This document shows positions 53,445-64,000 of a stretch of DNA of 64,000 nucleotides, in pieces (positions within the stretch are counted from its first letter, which is position 1; the number at the start of each line of letters is the position of its first letter). Origin of the DNA: Octopus sinensis. Taxonomy: Eukaryota. The position numbers and the translations under genes were made by a program. The notes below the pieces were generated by a model. It had not been told where the DNA came from. It made no database searches and saw nothing but the letters and a program-made list of their open reading frames with translations. The stretch lies in the NCBI RefSeq assembly GCF_006345805.1, contig NC_043006.1, positions 94,922,001 to 94,986,000 of the forward strand, read 5' to 3'.

Positions 53445-53812
53445 ATATATTCTTCAATGTTTTCATTCTTTTACGTGTTGCAGTGATTTGATTGCAGCAC
53501 CTCAAAGAGTTTTAGTCTAAGAAATCGACCCAAGGATTTGGTCATTGCAAGTCTAGTACTTAACTTATCCTTCTCTTTCGAAGAACCGGTAAGTTATGAG
53601 GACATAAACTCACCAGCATCGGTTGTCAAATGATGACGGGGATACAAACACAGGCACACACATATAAATGTCTACATACTTACATACACACACACACATA
53701 CACACATATGTATATATACGTCGGGCTTCTTTCAGTTTTCGTCTACGCATTCCACTCACAAACGTGTGGTCGGACGGAGGCTATAACAGAAGACAATTGC
53801 ACAAGGTGCTTA
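53445..53812 (-). mobile_element. Degenerate tRNA-SINE (family of 38490-38882)
   Basis: GACATAAACTCACCAGCATCGGTTGTCAA and GGGCTTCTTTCAGTTT.CGTCTAC blocks. Confidence 0.7.
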
Positions 53813-54188
53813 CATTGAAACATATATACATACACACAATTAAATTAAAAGAATGGATACGAGCAGTTCAGTCCACGCTACATTGATTTCAGTAACAAGT
53901 CAATTTATTGATTAAATGTGTATTACGTCATAGGAAATGGCTGCCACGTCTCCAGGCCACCGAATAATGTACGTACGAGGAATCGATTGTGCTAACATTA
54001 GTGCCAACAAATTCATAGGATCTTGATATCTTACCTGAAACATACGTATGTACGCCCTTTCATACTCATATATATATCTTTATATATATATATAATATAT
54101 ATATAACACTAAAGAGAGGAGAAAACAAATTTAAAGGCCGATGTATATATTCATTCAATCCATATTAATTCTCCATGGTATACGAACT

Positions 54189-54526
54189 GCATGGCTCAGT
54201 GGTTAGAGCGTCGAGCTTACGATCGTGAGGTTGTGAGCTCGAATCCCGGTCCGGGCTGCGTGTTGTGTTCTTGAGCAAGGCACCTTATTTCACGTTGCTC
54301 CAGTTCACTCAGCTGCAGAAATGAGTTGCGACGTCACAGGTGCCAAGCTGTATCGACCTTTGTCTTTCCCTTGGATAACACTGGTGGCGTGGAGAGAGGA
54401 GGCTGGTATGCATGGGCGACTGCTGGTCTTCCATAAACAACCTTGCCGGGACTTGTGTCTAGGAGGGTAATTTTCTAGGTGCAATCCCATGGTCATTCAT
54501 GACCGAAGGGGGTCTTTACCCTTTAC
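54189..54526 (+). mobile_element. tRNA-derived SINE with (CTTTAC)-type tail
   Basis: A-box TGGCTCAGTGG, B-box-like GCTCGAATCCC, TTCTTGAGCAAGGCAC core, ends CTTTACCCTTTAC. Confidence 0.85.
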
Positions 54527-54864
54527 ATAGATGCATTCACCAATAATGATATTTAAAAAATGTCTAAGAATTCATAAATACATACATATACACGAAAATG
54601 TATAAATATATAAAAATTCATATACATATAAAAATTTATAAACGCATAAAATGGTGTATAGTAATAGAAGTTAAAATTTTAACTCCTATTTCTAAATTCG
54701 GTGCCTGGCGAAACACTTAGCTGATCCTGGCTATAATTATGTAATATTTGTAAAAGTTTATTTTATTTTAACTTACCAAACTACTTGGTAAAATAATTCA
54801 TTATAAATTAATTAATTAATTATTAATTTTACCCTTTAAATATATATATAATATATATATATAA

Positions 54865-54923
<59 letters not shown>

Positions 54924-55010
54924 GAGCGTGTGTGTCCTGTTTACAATTTTTCTAGCTCTATACGTATTTCAGGTTATTTGCACCGTTGGTAATATCCTGT
55001 AACTATCATG

Positions 55011-55084
<74 letters not shown>

Positions 55085-55088
<4 letters not shown>

Positions 55089-55250
55089 TGTTCAAATTTA
55101 CAAAAAACATAAGACGAAGAAAAGTGTAGGAACAACGAGAAGTTGTATAACAATTTAACGCTCGATAAAAATGGAAAAGCATTTTATATTTCGAGCCCAC
55201 GCTCTTCGACAGAAAGGATTAAGAGGAAAGAAAAACCAGAAGGCGACAGA
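55085..55250 (-). mobile_element. PLE-type tail with HHR-like motif (family B)
   Basis: Minus strand 55217-55181: CCUUU-CUGUCGA-A-GAGC(GUGG)GCUC-GAAA-UA-UA-AAA; tail homologous to 300-391. Confidence 0.65.
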
Positions 55251-55545
55251 TATATATATATATATATATAATATATACATACATATACTTGTTACTGGCC
55301 TTCCGTCGGTTGCGACGGCGAGAATTCCATTTGATACGAACAACTGTTCGTAAAATTAACGTACAAGTGGTTGAGCACTCCATTTCTTCCAACTATGTAC
55401 AGTGTGTATGATATCACAAGAACCAAATAGGCGGCACCAGATCGGCAGCACCAAAACGGCAGTACCAAAACGGCTCATATGCATTATGTAATATTTATAT
55501 CAAAATGTTACAAAAGAATTATCATTCAATTTTTAATTTTTAAAT

Positions 55546-55776
55546 GTTTCATGCTGGAGCACAACTTTGGGGAACTTTTAGTCGAATGCATTATCACCGG
55601 TACTTATTTTTCTTCTGATACTTAATCTATTAGACTCTTTTTTGCCAAACCGCTAAGGTACGTGAACGTAAGCACACCAACACCGGTTTCCAAGCGGTGG
55701 TGAACAACAAACGCACGCACAGACAAACACACACACACGCACACAGACACACAAAAACACACACACTCACACACAA

Positions 55777-55809
<33 letters not shown>

Positions 55810-55811
55810 CA

Positions 55812-55861
<50 letters not shown>

Positions 55862-56006
55862 CATTGAGACTCCGTTTAGCAAATCCATTTAGGAGGCTGT
55901 GGTAGAACCAATGCTACAGTAGAAAACACTTGCTGAAGGTGCTACGCTCTGAAAGAGATCCCGACGCGATATTCTTGGGAAGCAAGCTTCTTACGACAGA
56001 GCCAGA
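55546..56006 (-). mobile_element. Degenerate tRNA-SINE with expanded (CA)n
   Basis: CATGCTGGAGCAC, CCAAACCGCTAAG, and AGAAAACACTTGCTGAAGGTGC blocks. Confidence 0.7.
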
Positions 56007-56190
56007 CTTGCAAATTTTTTCCAGGCTAAAGTTCAAAATATCGGAAAACATGTTTTGTAGCAAGCAGCAATGCCCGTGCCACCACCGCCGCCGCCGCCAC
56101 CACCACCACCTCCACCACTACCACCATCGCCACCACCATTGTAAACTTATGTTCTAATTTTCTATCAGATATGTTACAAGAAATATCATG

Positions 56191-56370
56191 GTTCTATATT
56201 TAAGAAATGAGGAATTATGTACATTATTTACATCATTTACATTGACGGATATTTGTCCTCATCTTGTTTGTTATTTACACAGCGTTTCAGCTGATATACT
56301 CTCCAGCTGTCATCAGGTGCCTTGGGGAAACTTCGAGCCTGGGTTCTCATTCATAAGGTATTTTTCTATA
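56191..56370 (-). mobile_element. Third family-A HHR tail, ribozyme decayed
   Basis: Minus strand GCAC-CUGAUGA-C-AGCUG/CAGCU-GAAA-CG-CU-GUGU; U16.1 replaced by C. Confidence 0.8.
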
Positions 56371-56548
56371 TTATTATTATTATTATTATCGTTGTAGTTG
56401 TTGTTGTTGTTATTCTTCTTCTTCTTCTCCTTCTCTTCTTCTTCTTCTTCTTCTTTTCTTCTTCTCTTCTTCTTCTTCTTCTTCTCTTCTTCTTCTTCTT
56501 TCTTCTTCTTCTTCTTATTATTATCATTATTATTATTATTATTATTAT

Positions 56549-56599
<51 letters not shown>

Positions 56600-56725
56600 T
56601 AATAATAATAGTAATAATAATAATATTAATAATAATAGTAATAATAATATTAATAATAATAATAATGATTATAATAATAGTAATAATAATCATAATAATA
56701 ATCATAATAATAATCATAATAATAA
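56370..56725. repeat. Compound (ATT)(GTT)(CTT)(ATT)(AAT) repeat
   Basis: Directly visible. Confidence 0.95.
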
Positions 56726-56810
56726 ATGGCTAATGGCTTAAAATCAGAAATAGAATGGTTTATCATAGCAGCCCAAGATCAATGCTCACCAACAAAACGG
56801 CTTAAGTAGG
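56725..56810 (+). mobile_element. Small R4-like LINE fragment
   Basis: KSEIEWFIIAAQDQCSPTK resembles the ETEGxIIAAQDQ motif downstream of the RT domain. Confidence 0.55.
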
Positions 56811-56925
56811 ATGTCATTAAGCAGGATGTCATCCATGTACTATGGAGGACCGTCCCAAACGCTGTTTACTTGGATTTTGATGCATTTCTGTCTCACACAA
56901 ACCTATGCTAATATTGTGTAATTAT

Positions 56926-57250
56926 AAGTCGGCGGGCTGGCAGAAACGTTAGCACGCCGGGCGAAATGCTTAGCGGTATTTCGTCTGCCGCTACGTTCTG
57001 GGTTGAAATTTCGCCGAGGTCGACTTTGCCTTTCATCCTTTCGGGGTCGATTAAATAAGTACCAGTTACGCACTGGGGCCGATATAATCGACTTAATCCG
57101 TTTGTCTGCCCTTGTTTGTCCTCTCTTTGTTTAGCCCCATGTGGGTAGTAAAGAAATAGGTAAGTCGTCTGTCTTTACGTTCTGAGTTTAAATTCCGCCT
57201 AGTTCGACTTTGCCTTTCATCCGTTCGCGGTCGATAAATTAAGTACCACT
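56926..57250 (+). mobile_element. Meta-domain-like SINE with partial second unit
   Basis: Same head and core as 5678-6068. Confidence 0.85.
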
Positions 57251-57549
57251 CACATACACACACACACAATACACACATACACTCGGATAATTATGCAATA
57301 TCCTTTTCTACTATAGGCCTTAATTTTTTATTAATACCAGTCTATCTCATCGACTGGCCCACTCCCTAAAAATTTAGGCTTATAGTAGAAAAGGTTATTG
57401 CATAATTATGCGTGTGTATGTGCGTAATGTGTGTATGTGAGTGAATTTAGTGAATATATTAATTCACATACGTACACACACAAACATATATATATATATA
57501 TATATACACCACATATATATTAATTGCTTTCTAACCGTAGAAATCTACT

Positions 57550-58735
57550 CAGATGCCATTAAACAATGTCAATTTGGGTGCTGCAAATAACTAATGCAAA
57601 TTGGCCAGAATGTGACCAATTCCGATTCCATAACACTGCTATCCTATCATTGAACAGTTCTTCCACGTTTTCTGCAAGAGACGACAATTCCTTTGATTCA
57701 TCTCTATAATTTCTGAAACATTTGACACAGCCAATATAAGCGATCGCGTTATTTGTGAAGTTCAGCTGCTGAATGAATAAAATACCTAATAACGCAACTT
57801 CAAAAACCTCTTCAATATCACACAATCTAAATCCCCTCTGCTTGCTATATTGTAATTACAAGCATCTCTAATGTTTATTAATAAAGCCTGATGCTATGTT
57901 ACGTTAAAACACTATTGAATCCCGTTTTTTGTGTATGTGTGTGTCAACTACTTGTTTATCGTTGGATAACATTCAAAGCACAGCACGGTGTCTGGTTGTA
58001 TTACTTAAATGTATGAAAGACTAAAGTGAGAGGTGACTAATGTAATAGCTGAATTACATGAAATCGTGACAAACATTACGCTTTATTGGATTATCTCGCT
58101 TCAACATGAGATTTATTAGATGGAATCGCGTTGGTGGTATTCTCTGCTTACCGTTTCATCTGTTGACAGATGATCGATTCAATTATTCACGTTTCCATGA
58201 GCTGGTATATCCATCATTGGGTGATTAGTGATCCATTGATCATAATACGATGTCAATACGATATACACAACATCGATGTCTCTTCTGGTCAGAGCGACAG
58301 CCAGTCCTGGTCTTGACCCCAGAAAGCAAATGAACCAATCATCACCTGTGTCACCTTTCTTCATGATGCTGCTACGGTTAATTTTTCTCAAACTCTAACG
58401 TTTCCCTGCAACGAGATGCATGAGATACCTTCCCAGAAATAGCAGCAAAACTGGCGAAACGTCTCACACATCACAAAAATGTATCTTAGAGTATGTTGTC
58501 ATATATACGCTGCACCAAAAATATGATGTGATGGTCATGATTGGAGCACATTTGACAATACTTATGAGTCATGGTTAAATTACACCAACATATGCGATAT
58601 TTAGGCGACATATATATAGATATAGATAGATACAAAAATATTAAATAACTTTTATACAAAAAATGTCAATATGTTTACATATAAAATAGTCCGAATAACA
58701 AACAATATGTGATATCAGGAATTAAAGGGGTTAAA
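57550..58735 (-). mobile_element. Possible piggyBac-like remnant
   Basis: GGGTTAA end near 58730; weak transposase-like peptide in ORF 57559-57825; other terminus not found. Confidence 0.25.
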
Positions 58736-59187
58736 TAAGAGGTTTACGGGTTCAATAGCTATTTCTGAGGGCTGGGAGGCGGTCCAAAGTAATGATTGTA
58801 AATTGATTCCATTATCAGGTAATACCAGCCTCCGTCTTCAGGAACGAATTTTACATTTGAGGTACTGACCAATAGTTTAATGTGTGTGTGTGTAAAATAT
58901 TATAATATTCTGAAGAATTTCTGAAAGGAAATGTCTTACATGTTTATCGAACGTGTATGATTTTGTGGCTCCCATTAACAAAGGAATCATGAGTAACGGC
59001 AAAGAATTAATAACACATTTCCAGGTACCTGTCGTGTTACGTAATAAATCTACAAACAATATTTCCAAAATTTTCAGCTCTACTATGTACCTCACATCTA
59101 TATAACACCAACTGCAACCTGGATTTTGTCACCGCAATATGAAAAAGTGGTTCAAGAGTACACAACTTGGATTAGACCCTACACCCC

Positions 59188-59256
<69 letters not shown>

Positions 59257-59350
59257 TATATATACATATATATACATATATATATACACATATATATATG
59301 GTCTGTGTATATATATATATATATACATATATTATACATATATATCATTA

Positions 59351-59425
<75 letters not shown>

Positions 59426-59695
59426 TATAGGGAGAGAGAGAGAGAGAGTGTGTTGGTATTATGCATACGTATCATATGTCCAAAACGTTGCTTTTTCAGA
59501 AAACCAAATGATTGTTTCACCATTCCATAGCAAACCCGTTGTTGTACATGTTGACAATTTTTGATATCTTAGCATCTTAAGTAGCTGGAGATACGATAGG
59601 TTTACCAAAAGAACCGGCTTGCAAGCAAAGTCAAAAATTGAAAGAAACGCATTTCGCCAAATATGAACATACGTTAGTTTAACTTAATAGCAACG

Positions 59696-59754
<59 letters not shown>

Positions 59755-60281
59755 TTATGTATATATATAAATATATATATATAAATATATATACACATTT
59801 ATGTATATATATATATTGTCGTATTGTCATATACATTGGGCATAATTAGGAGAATACTTGTGACAGGATCCATACCCGCTCCGCTAGTCTATCAGCAACG
59901 TTTCCTCGTTCATCCACGAACTCAATAAGAGAAATCATTAATCAGAAAGTAATTAGAATATTCAATCAATAAATGAAGATTAATGTAATTAAATTCACTC
60001 AAACTTTCCAGCATTATTACATCACCACCTCTCAATGATCCTTTCGGAAGTTAAACATTGTAATATTGTCAACTAACGTTCGCATGAAGCACGACAAATT
60101 TAATATATCTAACAAGCGCATCACCACCATCTTGATTTCCCCTCTCTCCAAATCTATCTCTTCGTTTGCGTTTTCTCTCTCTTTCTCGGTAGATTCACAC
60201 CTACACACACATACATACACACTTACATACACATGCGTATGTGCATATGTATATATGTTCATACATATACGTGTGTGTACC

Positions 60282-60333
<52 letters not shown>

Positions 60334-60365
60334 CTGCATAAATAGGCCTATATATATATGCTGCA

Positions 60366-60402
<37 letters not shown>

Positions 60403-61342
60403 CCTATGCAACATATATAATTGTATTTGTGCACAGAAATATGAATATGATATAATGATTATATATTAACATATGTGTGCGTTTGTGTGTGTATTATATA
60501 TCTATATATATATATATTTATTTATTTATTTATTTATAATATAACATAAATAGATGTATATATATCAATGCATGCGCACACGCATCTATACACACATCGT
60601 AATGCATATTTATACATACAGCTACACATTTTGTCATGTGTAAAGAGCGCAGTTCATTATCCTTTTAATGAATTGACGTAATCCATTGTGATGTAGGCTC
60701 ACCATCCGGCAGAATTTCAACACAATCCGGAAAGGTTAGTGTTCAAGTCTCACTGTAATTATTTTGTCACTTTATCCTTCCCCTCCTGAAGCACTGCGAT
60801 GTTGAGTAATTCAGCTCTACTAGGCTAACCGATCGACAGCCGACCAACTATTTCCTATGTTCATAATTTCACTTACACGGGACAGCTGAAGGCTAATGCT
60901 AGAGACTGTCATCCCTCACATTGCATTTGTTTCAGTCGTTAGACTATGGCCATGCTGGGGCACCGCCTTGTGGGGTTTAATCGAACAAACTGAGCACCAA
61001 GCCCTGGACCTTAAACATACCAACTCCAGTCATCAAGCTATGTGTTCGATAAACACATACACACACAGATTTCTACAGTTTCCGTCGATCCATTAAGCTC
61101 AGAAGGCGCTAGTCGGAGCGAGGCCATAATAGAAATCATTGCTAGTCGTTACACATTGGTAGAAGTTAGAGGAATTTTCGAAGAATTTAAGTAGTTGTCA
61201 CAATGATGCCCAACGTTCCTTTGATAGCTGAGATAGTTTTTGCCGTAAACCAATGACTGAAGTTACACAAAAGTAGCGAAAACTCAAAGTTTTCGTACTT
61301 GTACATATAAATACACTCACAAACACACACGCGCATACACAT

Positions 61343-61412
<70 letters not shown>

Positions 61413-62194
61413 CCAGTAAAGAAAGAAAGGCAAACAGCCCCAAATAGTGAAACAAAGTCATATTCTTTGGCAGACGTTCGCGATCAACGCACGTATAAAA
61501 TTTGTAAAAAATGGCCGCCAGAAAGTGTTTTACTGATCGAATAACGCTACTCCTAAATACATTATTTTTACGAATCAGTCTTGAAGAAACAACTTGATTA
61601 TCTGTTTGTCATTTCAAAATATCAATATATATTTTTGAAAGATGTGACAGAAATACTAATGATTGTTATTATTAATATTTATTCTTCTGGGTTGTGGTGT
61701 TCCAAGTTGCCCTATTTATTTGCTTTTTTATATTGAGATTTTTATTGTTTTTAATATTTGCTCATTTATTTCTTTGCCTATTTCTATGCATTCTTGCTTT
61801 CCTTCTTTTACATCATCATCATCACCACCAACATCATCTTCGTCATCATAAACAGCAGGATCTCCACCACCACCACCTACCACCCCACCACCACCACCAT
61901 CCACAACTTCATCATCATTCCCATTATGGTATTTTTGTTGCTGTCGCTTTACTTCTCCTTCTCTTCCTCTTCCTCCTCATTCTTCTTCTTCTTCCTGTTA
62001 TAAATATTATTATTGTTTTGTTTTCCTTAGATCTATATTTTCACATCACATTTCATGTCTTGCCGCCAACTTAATGTGCAAATTAGTGACTCCGTTTGTA
62101 CACACACGCACATATAAACGCAACCCCGCCCCACCATCACTCATGCTATATTATATTACATTATATATATGTGTGTGTGTGTGTGTGTCATATT

Positions 62195-62261
<67 letters not shown>

Positions 62262-62270
62262 TATATAAGT

Positions 62271-62534
62271 ATATATAATTATAACGATGTGGGTCTTTGC
62301 AACAAGTTGCTAGACCACATACCGAACGTATTAGAAATAGCAGCCAGAGGGCTGTTATTTCTTTTACTACTAAAAAATGTCCCCACAGACAACAGTATTT
62401 GTAAAAAATACTGTTGTCTGTGGGGACATTTTTTAGTAGTAAAAGAAATAACAGCCTCTGGCTGCTATTTCTAATACGTTCGGTATGTGGTCTAGCAACT
62501 TGTTGCAACGACCCTCATTGTTATAATTATATAT
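62271..62534. repeat. Near-perfect foldback hairpin, arms about 130 bp, 5-nt loop
   Basis: 62271-62400 pairs with 62406-62534; about 3 mismatches and 1 indel by eye; loop GTAAA. Confidence 0.95.
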
Positions 62535-62629
62535 AATTTTACCGAATATGGTCCTTTTCCATACCGAAATACTACTTGGTGAAATTTGTTGAATTTATTA
62601 AATTAATTATATTTCACCCTTTATCTGTA

Positions 62630-62674
<45 letters not shown>

Positions 62675-62940
62675 ATGTATATGTATATATTCATTCATAC
62701 ACAGAAGAATGTATCCTCTCAGGCATCTCTCTATTCATACACAATCCGTATACGTATTCTTATCTCCCTACAAACATACAGATAAATGCTTAGATATGTT
62801 ATATGTGGCTTACCCTTAAATCATTCATAGTTTAAGTGAGTTCAACGTAAATAATATTCATACAACGCTATATTTTTTATGCAAGAAGTATTAAATATCT
62901 ATTTGAAATACAAAATGGCCGTCTTCTTTTAAATTATCAA

Positions 62941-63280
62941 TCCCGCTGCCTGGCACCTTAGGCAAGTATTTTCTCTTATAGAGTCCGGTCAACAATGCCT
63001 TGTGAGTGAATCTGGTAGAACGAACATGCGTGGAAGCCCGTCGTATATTTGTGTATATATGCATAAGTATATGCGTCTTTGAAATTGTTCCCTACGAGCG
63101 TTTGGTAAATGGCACTGGTTTGTTTACACCCCAATAACTGCACGGTTCGATAAAAGAGACAGCTAAAATAATGTCTGACCGTACAAATATTTGTCCTGGA
63201 GTTGATTTTTTCGAGTAAACTGTTCAAGGCAGTGCTCCAGCTTAGCCACAGTTCAATGACTAAAACAAATAAAACATAAA
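62941..63280 (+). mobile_element. Degenerate tRNA-SINE (family of 38490-38882)
   Basis: TGGCACCTTAGGCAAG, AATGCCTTGTGAGTGAAT.TGGTAGA and GGCAGTGCTCCAGC blocks. Confidence 0.75.
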
Positions 63281-64000
63281 CGATCAAAGATATGATTTTA
63301 TTTCGTTGTTGTTTCTAGTTTGCAAGATTCTTTATGTGAAATCGTGTGTTGAAGCAAATTTTATTACGTTTGGGGAGAGTCATACTGCCTTAATATGTAA
63401 CACATTCACCGATTCAATTTCCACGGATTTATTATTTATATTTCATTTCTTCCAAAAGTTCTGTTGATTTCGCAACCTTGTCAATGGCTGTTGATTTCTG
63501 AATGGAAATTGAACCGGTGAGTGTGTTACATATTAAGGCATTAAGGCAGTATGATTTTATATTTTATTTTAAATAATAATGTTATCATTTCCATATGGTA
63601 TCTTGTAATTATAGTTTTAATCTCTGCTTTTAATATGAAGAAGGTAAAAACAAGAAGTTGTTGAAATTCTCAAATCCATTTGCCATGAATTTCAAGTAAT
63701 GCTGTGAGAAAGCGATGTAGGTATCAACCTCATTGATGGTTCCTGTGAATAGTGATGAATAAATGGCAGAAAGATCAGAGATATGTGGATGGTGCTACTT
63801 TTGCACCAAATGATGTTACAAAATGCTTTCAAAACAGAAGCCTTTAGAATAGCGATAGAAAGATAGGAAGAAGAAACAGCAGGCATAAGAGACAGAAACT
63901 GGACTTTGTCCTCTCGTTTGTGATTGAACAACAATCAACCATGTGACACTTCTTTGGATACAATCCAAGAATTTTTTCTATAAGTGATACAAATGCTTCT

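Overview
AT-rich, repeat-saturated eukaryotic genomic DNA. The repeat families look like those of a coleoid cephalopod, probably Octopus; this is recognition from memory, not a database search. I found no host exon and no intact RNA gene. Almost all long ORFs in the supplied track are translations of microsatellites. The window contains: tRNA-derived SINEs; decayed DNA transposons (two Chapaev3-type, two Tc1-type, one mariner, a possible Helentron and a possible piggyBac); LINE remnants (CR1-like, R4-like, RTE, and a probable L1/Tx1 5' end); a solo LTR with an ATAT target-site duplication; three GIY-YIG endonuclease remnants of Penelope-like elements (PLEs); and a 100-N gap. The most striking signal is a set of hammerhead ribozyme (HHR) or HHR-like motifs from about six unrelated sequence families. 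One is canonical (31243-31307). One sits in a SINE built as tRNA Pol III head + (AAT)n + minimal HHR (37869-38215, with relatives at 13.2 kb and 56.2 kb). Several carry non-canonical cores (CUGUCGA, CCGAUGA, CUGAUGC). Many of these short insertions share one architecture: an inverted copy of the element's own 3' end placed at its 5' side. All structures were folded by eye and boundaries are approximate unless exact termini are quoted.
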